A DNA stretch of 64,000 nt from NCBI RefSeq assembly GCF_026210795.1, contig NC_089432.1, positions 3,782,001 to 3,846,000 of the forward strand, given 5' to 3'. The notes beneath the pieces were generated by a model. That model had not been told where the DNA came from. It saw only the letters and a program-made list of their open reading frames with translations, and did no database searches. Shown here in pieces: positions 39,122 through 51,407 of the stretch (within the stretch, counting starts at the first letter, position 1; every line of letters starts with the position of its first letter). The DNA comes from Rhizophagus irregularis (Eukaryota). The position numbers were made by a program, and so were the translations under genes.

Positions 39122-41381
39122 ATGACCTCAACTTCCGTACGGTAAGTAACTGTAAATCAAAAAAATCAAATAATTCCTTTACTATTTTAATCTTTATTCC
39201 TATTTCTTTCACATTCTTGTTTTCTTCTACCTTTTCTCCCTACCGTTTTTCGTTTCTCACTCATTTTCCATTCCGTCCTCTCTAGAGTTGCTTTGAGAGT
39301 AAGACCACTCAATAACAAAGAAATACTACAAAATTGTAGTGAATGTTTAACAATAATACCTGACGCACCACAAATACTCATTGGAACCGATAAATCATTT
39401 ACATTTGATTATGTATTCCCATCGGATACTGAACAAGAAGAAATATTTCATGATTGTGCAAGTCCGCTAATAGATAAACTCATGGAAGGGTGAGTACACA
39501 GGAAAAAAAAATTCGGCCTCACGTCGCACGCGCAAGAAGAATCAAATTTATATCAAAAAAAAAATTTTTTATCAAATTCGGATTTTTTTTGATGATATCA
39601 CTTTTATTTTATCGTGTCATTGTTAAATTATTATTTATTATTATAATTTAATTATTTTAGTTATAATGTCACAATCTTAGCATATGGGTAAGTAAATAAC
39701 ATAATTAACAATTATTATCTAAATTAATTTGCATGTTTATTATTTATTTATTATTTATTATTCAACCCTTCCCCCCCTCCCTACTTTTTTAGTCAAACTG
39801 GTAGTGGTAAAACATATAGTATGGGTACTGCTTTATATGGTTCAGATATTCCACCCGAATATCAAGGTATGTTTGTCCCTTGCATCATTTTTTAAAATGA
39901 TTATCAAAAGTTGATCATATGTTTATCAAATTAATGACGTCATTTATTATTAGGTATCATTCCACGTGCTATAAGTAAATTATTTGCCGACCTTAACGAA
40001 CGAAAAGAAAAAAATCCTTCCTATGAATTTGAAGTTTATGTATCATTCTTAGAATTATATAATGAAGATTTTATAGACTTACTTAATAAAAAAGGAAAGA
40101 GTGATTTAATGATAAGAGAAGATGCAAATAGTCAAATATATTGGGCTGGTGTAAAAGAAGTTCAAGTTTCGGATTCAGATGAACTCTTAGGGTATGTTTC
40201 TATTATGTTTATAATATGTTATATAAAAATATAAATATAATTTATCAATTTTACTATCAAAATTTTTTAGACAATTACAAAAGGGTTCACTGTGTCGAAC
40301 TGTCGCTTCAACAGATATGAATATGGTATCTTCAAGATCACATGCTATATTTTCCGTAATACTGAAACAAACAAGAGTAGAAAATTTAAAAGAAAATAAA
40401 GAAAATGATGCTCCACCACCTGAAACTTCAACCACTTCAAAAAGAAAGAGTAAACAAAAATTATTAACATCAAAAGTAACTTCAAAATTTCATTTCGTAG
40501 ATTTGGCTGGTTCTGAAAGGGTAATGTATTTAATATATATATATATTTCTTCCTTAATATTCTTGATTATTTTCTTAATATTAATTTTTTTTTTTTACAT
40601 AAATAGTTAAAGAGAACTAACGCCGTAGGTGATAGAGCAAAAGAAGGAATAGCAATTAATGGTGGTTTACTAGCCCTTGGTAATGTAATTAGTGCTCTTG
40701 GTGATGAATCAAGAAAGGTCACTCATATTCCTTATAGAGATTCAAAATTAACACGTTTATTACAAGATTCACTTGGTGGTAATAGTCAAACTCTTATGTT
40801 GGCTTGTGTTTCACCAGCTGATTCTAATTTTATGGAAACCTTAAGTACACTAAAATATGCTAATCGTGCTCGTAATATTAAGAATAAAGTTAGTGTTAAT
40901 GAAAGTTATGGTGGTAATTCTATTGAAATAAATCAATTACGTGGTCAAATAAGTAGATTAAAGATGGAGATTCAAACTTTACGAGCTGGTGGTTGTAATG
41001 AAGAAACAAGTCGTAAACATGAAGAAGAAATTGAGAGTCTTAAAAATGAATTAGGAATGACAAAATGGAAACTTAAAAATGTTGAACAAGAACTTATCAC
41101 TACAAAAGCTGAAAGGAACACTCTTTTAATGGAAATTAGTTTTAATGATCAAGATCTTTCAGATGCTGATCGTGAACATAGGATTAAAACTCATAATATC
41201 GTTCAAGGTTATGAATCAGAAATTCAAGATTTTAAAAATCAAATTTCTGAACTTTTAGCTGCACAAGCTTTTCAACATCTAAGTAAATCTTCTTTGGCTG
41301 GAACAACAACAGGAAGAGAGAAAGGTCATATCAAATTCTCCGATCCTCATATTTATTCATCTGATGAAGATATTCATAATC

Positions 41382-41416
<35 letters not shown>

Positions 41417-44230
41417 GAGAATAGTGAGAAGAAAGGTAAAAAGAAGAAGAAACGTACTTCAATAAGAGCTGATGGTCACTTCCCAGTTTCTGATGAAACT
41501 TCTACTACTAAAATCTCACCTGTTGGCCCTTCCTCATCTCATCATCAACTTGAACATGTCGTAAATGATCAAAGTTTGGAAGAAGCTAAATCCTTATTCA
41601 CACCATATGATGAAGACGAAGAAAATATTGAAGAAGAAGATGGTGAAGATGGTGAAAATGTTGATGGTGAATCATTCAAATTTACTCGAAAATTGAGAAG
41701 GCGTAGCAAGACAAGAGATAAGCTTGAAAAGGCCAAGGAACAACTCAGACAAAGTTACATGATAATAAAGAATGGAGGTTCTTTACATGATGATCCTATT
41801 TTAAGTCAATTAATAAAACAACCTTCATCAACTAGGAGAACTAAGAGTGAAAATTATATTGATCAAATGATTCGCAATCATCAAAAAGAAAAAAGAAGAT
41901 CAAGCAGTGTATCTTTCAGTGAAATTCAAATCATTGAAGTACCAGAATGGCAAGAATCTAATCCACAACCACCACAACCTACTCGTCGTACTTCAAATTC
42001 AGGTTGTTCTGTTAGTTTCTCCGATCGACCAATTTCTTCTGGTTCAACTGAATATTCTCAAGATAGCACTGATTGCTCATCTCAACAACAACAACAAAAT
42101 GTTATTGCTCTTACCCGTATGTTACATCAAATTCAAGCTGATATTGCTGTTAAAGAACAACTCGTTTCACAATTGGAACGTGCTGAACAAGAATATACTT
42201 ATATGAGAGCTCAATATGAACAAAAATTGGCTGATATGCAAGAAGCTATAATTACCTTACAACAAGAAAGAAATTCTGCTGTTAAACGTGCTCAAAATGC
42301 TAATACTGGCGTTAGTACTCGTGATAAGAATTCAATCCTTGTCGAACTTAAATCTCGTTATGAACACAAGATGAAACGTTTAATCCAAGAAATTGGTGAA
42401 CTTCGTAGAAAATATAATGAAGCTACTCAATCTACAACCACGTCAAAGAATCAAAATGAAACAATGCTCAAGAGTATGCGTGCTCAAATTGAACAACTAA
42501 AAAGTGAAAAGATGCGAGCGATGAAGCGTATGAAGGATGAAGCTGAACGTGTCCGTGAAATGACTGAACGTAATCAACGTGAAATTCAAAATCTTCGTCG
42601 TAAAGAAAAATCTGCTCAAGAACAAAAGAAACGTTTTGAAAGAACTAGTGAAATGCAAAAAATCATGCTTGAAAAGAGACAGGAAGAAGTTTTACAAACA
42701 AATAGTAAACTTAAATCAGTTATGGCCTTACTCAAACGAACCACTACTCCAAAGTCAATCACCAAGGCTATCCGTAATCACAAACGACAATCAATATCTA
42801 ATGATGAAGACAGAAAGGAATCGAGACGATCCTCCGATGATATTAGTCCTATCTATGATGAAGTATTTGCCAGTGGTTATGATAAGAAAAAACTTCTTGA
42901 TGAAGCAATCTATAAATATATTAGTGGTCGTCAAACATTGACAATGATGGATGAATGGATCGTTAAAAGAAATAATTTACAAGAAGAGAAGAATGAATTA
43001 CTTGAAAAACGTGAAAAAATAATTACTAGCGAAATTGGAAATGAGTTAGGAGGAGATGCTCAAGCATTAGATGATAAGATTGGGATGATCACCTCGGAAA
43101 TTTCTTATATTACTGCCAAGATTCATTCTTTACAATCAAGTATTGCAGCCGAACAAGAAGAAAAAGCTGCTGAAAATAGCAAAGAATCTGAAGATAAATC
43201 ACGAAAGAATAGTATCAAGTCAAGTAAAATTAAAAAGAAACTTTCTTTCCTCTTACCAGAAAATGCCACACCTGAAGCATCATATGACGTTGCTGTTCGC
43301 ATTTTACGAAATTTGGATGAATTTGAAAGTTATACAATATTAGAATCCTTCTTTAAGGATATTGTTGATCTTAAAACTGGAGATTGGTCTCGACAAATGA
43401 CCTTGGAACAACAAGAAAAGACAATTATTGATTTAAGAAAAACTTTATTGGCCATGCGAAGAGCTGCAGTTCTTACAACAAGTGAATATGAAAAGAAAAA
43501 CAGAGAACTTGAAGAAGCTTTACGTTTCGGTGGAGGATCATTAAGTCCATCAACTCCGGAAAAGAGAGAATTACAGATGGATGATATTGAAAATAGTACT
43601 TCCAATGCCATTTCCTTATTTGATCATAAATTAGATCAAGCTTATGCAGAAGTCGAAGCTGAAATATCAGGAACTTTTGGTCAAATGGGATCATTATCAA
43701 GACGTAATTCATACTTCTTTGATGATGATGCAGCTTACTTCTCTTCTTCACCATTATCTGCAAGTCCATTGAATACTGGTAATAATAGAACAAGTTTCTC
43801 TTCAAGACCACCAATACCTCCCGGTTGGTTAAATCTTCAACCGCGTGAAAAAGTACTCGAACAAACTAATGAAACAACGCCGGACGTTCCAACAAATCCA
43901 AGAAGAAAAGATTCTGGTAATAGTGAATCTAGTGGTGATAACAACAATAATACAAAGAGAAGGAGTTCAAATGGTCGAAGATTAAAGAGACCATCTAATG
44001 GTCCATCTACACCATCAACACCAAAACCATCAACACCAAAAGATGAAAATATTTCTCCTTTAGAACGTACAAGGTCCATTGGTCAACCTTTGGAACGTAC
44101 CAGATCCAGTAATCAACATTTAGAACGCGCCAGAGCTGGTGTCCAACTTTCAAGTTCACGACGAAGTTCGCTTCGTGATGGGTCAACAATTCTTGCACAT
44201 AGTCGACAAAGTAGTTCAACAAGCACTTAG
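39122..44230 (+). CDS. Kinesin-4 family (KIF4/KIF21/KIF27-like) motor protein, 7 exons
   Basis: Exons ~39122-39141, 39286-39489, 39661-39687, 39793-39867, 39954-40191, 40271-40520, 40607-44230. Motifs [19 protein letters not shown] (P-loop), [38 protein letters not shown]; long coiled coil. Confidence 0.95.
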
Positions 44231-45587
44231 AACCAGGGGGCGATGGTCCACGTGATAGCGGATATTTTTAGAAGCGGTGATAAGCGAAGATCACAAAGCA
44301 GTATGGCACGACGAGGTTCCAAAGATCATATTATATGCGACAAAGTTCATATGGACGTAGTTCACCCGATAGTGTAGTGATGATGCAGCAAGCGTAACAA
44401 GTACGACCAGTGAATGTGAAAAACGTGCATTCATGTCACATCATACACATACAAGATCAGAAACACCGACAGCATGAGATAATATTTTTGATCGTTTATC
44501 AAAGAGTCAACCACATTTGAGTTCAGCAAAGAGATATAACGGTGAGAGACATGATTACTACTTACTAGTGTCTCCAGTGTCTCCAGTGGATATCCTGGTG
44601 GTGTGGAAGACACTTTGGCAACATTAGAAAGGAGGCGAGAAGAATATGGCGAATCGCCTGAACCAAAAGTACAAGCATAATTTATTAATCTTAGAATACT
44701 AATATTAGATTTTTAATTCTCTCGAAATTTAATATCTTTTTTAGACTAATTATTAGCGGCTAATAAATCTCTCGGGACATTTAATAATTTAGAAACTTTC
44801 TCGCTTACATTTTGTTCATATTGTAAAAATTTTATTTGTAGATATAAGTGTACTTTTTATTTTCTTTTTATTATTTTTTTTCTTTCTTTTTCTTTTATCT
44901 TTCTTATTATTCTCCAACCATAGATAGTAACCAAAAAAACAGATGAGATTTTTTTTTGTATATATGAATAGTATATGAATCATATGATTTAATTTTGAAT
45001 TGTTTATTTGTAATTTATTAAATAGATGCTAATAATAATAATATAATTATAATTTAATAAATACAGTATTATACATACTGCCCAAATTATTTTGGGATGT
45101 CATAATTAAAATTATTGTTTTTTTTGGTTATTAGGGATTGACTTTTTTTTTTAAAAAAAAAAATTAATTTGTAATTATAAAAAAAGAGTGAATGATTTCT
45201 CACTATGGGTTGAGATTTGATATTACCCCAAGTCAAATAAAATGTCAAAAATGGTATTTATGACCTTTGTTAAGGTTTTAACAAAGATAGAATTATTAAA
45301 ACACGTAACACGAGATTTATTATGACGAATTGAGAAATTGGGATTAGATTTCACGTTTTTTAATCTAACCGTAATTCTCAATTTGGACGCAAAAACTCTC
45401 GTTATTAGTATAGATGAAACCTAAATTATTTTTATTAGAAAAGGAAATCACTTACCATTTTTAATTTATTTCATAATAAAAAAAAGCTGACTCAAATAAA
45501 AGTGAAAATCGTTTCCTATTTTTGATTTATTTTCTCTAAAAAGAGTTTTTAAATATTCAAAAAATTTACATTCTTTTTTTAACTTGA

Positions 45588-45840
45588 AGAATGCCGAAAA
45601 GCTTGTGTAATGTGTTTAGCTTTAATCGTAGTATTATTTTAATAAATTTAATCGTACTAAACCATGAAATTCAATATGGTTAGTTTGATGCCCAAATATA
45701 GCTTAAACTTTTCCAGCATTTTTATATTAAGCTTGAAGCTTGAAACTCATGCTTAAGCCTACACTTAAGTATATGCTTTCAAGCTTCAAGTATTGGATTC
45801 GTCAGTTAGCTTCTCTACGGATGGCAGGTTAATATATATA
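45588..45840. repeat. ~260-bp dispersed repeat with an AAGCTT-rich palindrome (copy 2)
   Basis: Colinear with 7302-7559 except for an inverted 29-bp core. Confidence 0.85.
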
Positions 45841-46292
45841 TATATATATTTTTATTATTTATTAATAATTTATTTACTATGATAAATAAATAAAAAGTAC
45901 TATGAAAGTTATCGAAAAAAATATATGATATTACCATAAAATAATATCATAAATAAATATCTCAAATAAATAAAATAATTTTTTTTCTTTTTTTTTAATT
46001 AAAAAAAAAAATGTTATCTACCATTATCGGTTAAATAAAAAAAACAATGGAAGATTTCGGTAAATGTCAATAATTATGTAATCAAATTTTCATTCAAGTA
46101 AAAAAATTCGGACAAATTGATATATCTATAAATAAATAAAATGTTTTTTTTTACAAATATATAATAATTATATCAAAATATTTGATCATAAAAAAAAAAT
46201 GATTCTATTTATTTATTATGAAGAAATATTGACTTCATTTTTTAATTTTAATAACACTCTTAAAAAAAAATATTTAATAATATGGATTTTAT

Positions 46293-46669
46293 AATTTTCC
46301 GCTATAGCGGAGTTCCGCTAGTGTCACGTGACATGAAGATCATTTCCTTTTTAGGAAATTTGTGTAACATTATATGATTTGACTGGAATTACGGAACTTG
46401 GCCGGAATTAACCATGTGACGAATAAGGTGACAAATATGATTTTTTCATTAAAAAATTCTAAGTTCAAATAATACTTAGTAATTTTTGAAAGCTTGAGGG
46501 TGTGATACAGGGTGATGGTTTAAACGTTACACAAAATTCCAAAAAAAGGAAATTTTACTTCTGATGAAAAACGAAAATTATTTATGCAAATGGGTTACAC
46601 ACATTTTCAAAAAAGGAAATGATCTTCATGTCACGTGACACTAGCGGAACTCCGCTATAGCGGAAAATT
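46293..46669. mobile_element. Young MITE with perfect ~60-bp TIRs (superfamily unassigned)
   Basis: aattttccgctatagcggagttccgctagtgtcacgtgacatgaagatcatttccttttt and its exact reverse complement. Confidence 0.88.
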
Positions 46670-46790
46670 TTAATTTTCTATCAATAATATCTCCTTTTTT
46701 TTGAAAAAAAAAAAAAAGAAAAAAAAATCATTTAAGAAAAATATTAGTAAAAAAAATATCTATTCTTTACATAAAAAATAAATAAATACT

Positions 46791-47340
46791 ATGGCAGCAA
46801 AACTCAATTTAATTTATGTAATTTATTCAATTGTTGAATAAGAAAGTAATAATTTTATTATAAAAGAAACTATTGGTATTATGAGCAAAGAAGATAATAC
46901 AACAATGAATTTAAAAATAATTGCCTTTTTTCCAAAAAAATTCATCAGTTTCAAAATGGATTCCTGATTTTGCATCTGGTGATGTAGTTAGGTTTACAGG
47001 AAAATTTATGTAAAAAAAAATAATACCCAATGAAAATAATTATTAATTCTTTTTTTTTAAAAAAAAAATAAAAGTAAAAATAAATTAGATGACAGCTAAT
47101 GCAGGTAATCATTTAAACCTTACAAAAGATAATCTTCTGATTAGTTCAATCTCTGTTTTTCTTATTGGTTACGTTATAAAACAAGTATAAGATAATGATG
47201 ATTTATTTAAAAGTATTAAACTTAATGTTAATGAATTTGTTAAAAAGGGAAATGTTGCTGACAAACTTAATATAAAATGTAGATACTTAAAAAAAGCAGA
47301 TGAGAGAATAAATAATAAAGTGAAAAAAATCTATAAACAG
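46791..47340 (+). pseudogene. Decayed gene of unknown family
   Basis: MAAKLNLIYVIYSIVE*...MNLKIIAFFPK / SKWIPDFASGDVVRFTGKF, then a probable intron (~47009-47089) and more coding-like sequence; contains a stop and a frameshift. Confidence 0.45.
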
Positions 47341-48049
47341 ATTCTTTTTCTTAATATATTCTATATTATTACAAACAAAAACATAAAACCATAACTTACA
47401 ATAAATAATATAACTGAAAAAATATTAAAGATCATGCCAACTTAATTCCTGACACCACCCTAGTTTTTAAATAAAGAATTTGGTTAATTTAAATTATAAG
47501 TAAATATCACATAAATATAATAGAGTTGAATAGGACTCCAGAAAATGCTTATATATGTAAGATACCAAGGTGCTTAGCCAACATAGAAAAATTTTATGAT
47601 GTAAGATTGTAAGAATTTTATAATGCTTAATTTTGAGAAAATTTTATACAATATAAGATAATTAAATTGCTTATTTTTGGTATTATTTTAAAATACTAAG
47701 AGTTTTTAATTGCATATTTATAGAACTTTTTAAAATGTTATATATTGAATTTATAATTAATTTTTATTTTATTTTCACTAACGGTGAGTACTACATTTCA
47801 CAATTTTATATAAATACATAAACAAAAATTTTTTTTTGATGAAAATTTCAGTTTTTTTTTTTCAATGTTTTATTAATTATCTTTCAATAGTATCTTTTTA
47901 ATTTTTATTAAACTCAGTATATTATTTTTAATATAAAATTACTATATTATACATGTTTATTTTGTTAAATAAAATTACTGTAAATATGTTTTACTTTAAA
48001 ATATAATTTCACTACTCACCACTTTGGTTATATCAAATTATCTTTTATG

Positions 48050-48560
48050 CTTAAGTAAGGTTGTTCAGCAAGTTAAATCTACTTGTATTTTAATTTTCAT
48101 AAGTCTAAGTATGATATTTATATAGAAAAGCATATTTTTTATAACGGTAATAACTTTTAAATTTTTCACTTTTTCATTTATAACTTCAGAGCGTAATTAC
48201 ACCACTTCAGTCAAATGAAATCGACTTTCTAAATTAATTGAATGTTGTTCAGCAAGGTCGAAACTACTTATATATTAATTTTCATGAGTGTGGGTATAAT
48301 ACTTATGGAGAAAAGTGCATTTTTTATAACGGTACTAACTTCTGAATTTTTCATTTCTCCGTTTACAACTTCAGAGCGTAATTACACCCCTTTGGTCAAA
48401 TGAAATCGACTTTCTAAATTAATTGAAAGTTGTTCAGCAAGGTCGAAACTACCTACATATTAATGTTTATGGGTGTAAGTATAATACTTATGGAGAAATT
48501 TACATTTTTTGTAATAGTATTAATTTCAAATTTTTCTTTTACTGTTTATTAACTTTATTA
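48050..48560. repeat. Tandem repeat, ~180-bp unit x ~3
   Basis: ttgttcagcaag...ctactt...aacttcagagcgtaattacac...gtcaaatgaaatcgactttctaaattaattgaa recurs. Confidence 0.85.
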
Positions 48561-48730
48561 ATTGAATATTGTTAATCTATTTGTATATTATGTTTAGTTT
48601 AGCTTCACAATGTATTGATCATATTTAAAATTGGATTTAATAAAATATATTTAATTAATAAATATGTTTTATAAATTATATGTGTTATAATAAAAATTTA
48701 ATTAGGTTAAAAGATTGATTTGCTTATTTT

Positions 48731-49405
48731 TAGAATTCCGAATGGGTCAGGTCAGGTCAGGTTAATTGATAAACCTGACCTGAAATTTTTTTTCAGGTCA
48801 GATCAGGTCAGGTTATATCAGGTTGTCTGTTTGACCTGACCTGACCTGAAATCTGAAAAATTTCAGGGCTATTTTTATTAAAGTATTGAAAAAAAATGGT
48901 ACAAAACTTTTTTTTTAAATATAATATTATGAAAAAAAATGTTTTTACAACGTTTTTTATTAAAATATTGAAAAAAAATATTGCAAAACGTTTTTTTTAT
49001 ATAACATTATGAAAAAAATGTTTTCGCAACGTTATTATTGAAATATCAAAAAAAAAAACGGTATGAAATATTTTTTTAATATAATATTATAAAAAAAAAC
49101 GGTTTCTCTCAAAATATTGTGATTCAACATTTTTATATTAAAATCATATAAAAAAGTGAATCCCAATATCGCAACTCACTTTTATTATATAAAATCAATA
49201 TAAAAAAGTGAATTGCAATACCACAACTTACTTTTTTTATATAAAAAAGTGAATCGCAATACTGCAACTCACTTTTATTATATAGTCGAATCAATAGTTT
49301 CAGGTCAACAGGTCAATCAGGTCAGGTCAATCTTCATATCTGACCTGAATTTCAGGTCAGATCAGGTCAGGTTACCTGAATTTGGCTGACCTGTTCGGAG
49401 TTCTA
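48731..49405. mobile_element. hAT-type MITE with 8-bp TSD
   Basis: CTTATTTT|TAGAATTCCGAA...TTCGGAGTTCTA|CTTATTTT; subterminal caggt/acctg repeats. Confidence 0.9.
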
Positions 49406-49512
49406 CTTATTTTTATATAATTTTCAAGGTTAGATATCAACAATGCTTAGCGATCATAGTAAAAACCACTAGTCAAAAACCAATATATCGGGTAGCAGAT
49501 ATGTATCAGATA

Positions 49513-51172
49513 CACTCCCGCGCCAAAAGTTTAGGACCACCCAATAAATTTTTAAAAAAATGGTTTTTTTTAACCAACTAATATTTTAATAAACTATAAA
49601 AAGTAATTTATAATTACTTTAATGGATAAAGAACAATTTTTTATTATTAGTTAAAAATGTAAAAATAAATTATCGGTAATTTAGTTATCCAGCATTTCGC
49701 AAAGTCACGTGACTAATGTTTACATCACGTGATTTTTTGTGATGAAGGAAAAAAATTCGTAAAATGAATAAAATATAAAAACTTTTTATTAAACCTCTTG
49801 TTATGTATAATAAAAAAAAAAATTCTGGTCCATAACTTCACAAAATTAAAAGTTAAGATAATGAAAAAAAATTTTAATAAAAAATGCTTAATTTTTGGTA
49901 AAAATGTAAACAAAAAAACCAATTTACCGAAACTAACTTTATAAAAATATAATTAAAACATTCCTCAATATCTTGTGGGATATCCACGAGCTTTTATAAC
50001 TGCCTCAATTCTACGGTTCATGCTCTCCACAAGCTTTTGGTAGACCTCACATGAAATTTCTGACCAACATTCTTGAAGAAGTTCCTCCAATTCTCCTAAA
50101 TTTTTAGGATGATTTTGCTTTGCTCTTATACGCCTCTCAAGCTCATCCCAAAGATGCTCAATGGGATTGAAAGGTTCGGCTCTGCCCCGGCCATGATAGC
50201 AAATTTATTCCCATTTCTTCACAGAACTCTCTTGTTCTTGCACTTGTATGAATCGGTGCATTATCTTGTTGGAACAAATAATCACCATTTTCTTCTTCAA
50301 ATCTTTCCAAGAAAGGGATCACGTGATAGCCAAGTATCTCTTCTATATACCTTTGACTATTAACTCGACCATCAATTCTTACCAAAGGGCCCAATCCAAA
50401 CCATGTAAAACACCCCCACATCATGACTCCACCTCCACCATGCTTCATGGTTGGAACAAGGTAATTAATATCATATTTTTCTTTTGAAGACGCCAAACCC
50501 GAATTTTTCCATCATTCTGGAACATAGTAAATCGAGACTCATCACTCCATACAATTTTTTTCCAATCATTTATAGTCCATAAGCGTCTTTCACGAGCCCA
50601 ATTTAAGCGTATTTTTCGATTACACTCACTAACACAGGGTTTTCTTAAGGCTGCACAACTATTATATCCCATTCCATACAATGTTCGTTGTATGGTGCGC
50701 CTACCTACATCATTTCCAGTGGATTCCATAAAAATTTTTCTAATTTTTTCTTCAGGTTCACGTCGGTTTTTATTAATAATAGCTTTAAGATGCCGTTTAT
50801 CCCGTTCAGTTAGTTTCTTAGGACAACCACTTCTGGGAGCGACAGTAACAGCACCAGTTTCACGATATTTTGCTATTATATTATGAATTGTAGTTTTTCC
50901 ATAGCCTGTTTTATTTGAAATAGCTCTTTCTGAATCACCGGCTTCATAAAAACCGATAACTTTTCCACGTTCAAAATCCGTTAGTTCTCTTTTTTTAACC
51001 ATTTTGCTTTTAAACAAAAAAAAAAGCTGCTAAAATTTTGTGTAATTATCATTACTAATCAATAAATAACGTAAATAGTTTTTATTTATGTTACACAAAT
51101 GCGTAATTATTACTGTTTAGGTGTTGTTTATGGCGATCATAAAGGTGGTCCTAAACTTTTGGCGCGGGAGTG
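49513..51172 (-). mobile_element. Full-length Tc1 (DD34E-type) transposon
   Basis: TA|CACTCCCGCGCCAAAAGTTTAGGACCACC ... exact 29-bp reverse complement|TA; encloses a transposase. Confidence 0.97.
49965..51002 (-). pseudogene. Tc1 transposase with two frameshifts
   Basis: HTH region, WSDESRF, KHGGGGVMMWG, FQQDNAPIH, WPGQS..NPIEHLW, GYPTRY*; frame breaks near 50480 and 50175. Confidence 0.92.
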
Positions 51173-51407
51173 TATGTACCTGATATGTGTAGTATTAATG
51201 CAGAAAATCGGGCACCTGATATGTGTAAGATATGTGTAAATATATATATCGTATACGTATCGGGTACCGATATGTATATGATATGTAAATGATATGTATA
51301 TGATATATATATTTACACATATCTTACACATATCGGGTACCCAATTTTCTGCATTAATACTACACATATCGGGTACATATCTGATACATATCTGCTACCC
51401 GATATAC

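Larger units (their letters stand above)
49467..51406. mobile_element. CACTA-type foldback MITE interrupted by a Tc1 element; right end displaced
   Basis: Starts CACTAGTCAAAA. With the Tc1 removed, 49486-51250 and 51302-51406 form ~100-bp inverted arms. Confidence 0.75.

Noticed and set aside
41907..44222. Alternative-frame and antisense ORFs over the kinesin
   Set aside because: Shadow ORFs of a long coding exon.
51137..51367. 76-aa ORF
   Set aside because: Lies in foldback subterminal repeats of a CACTA MITE.
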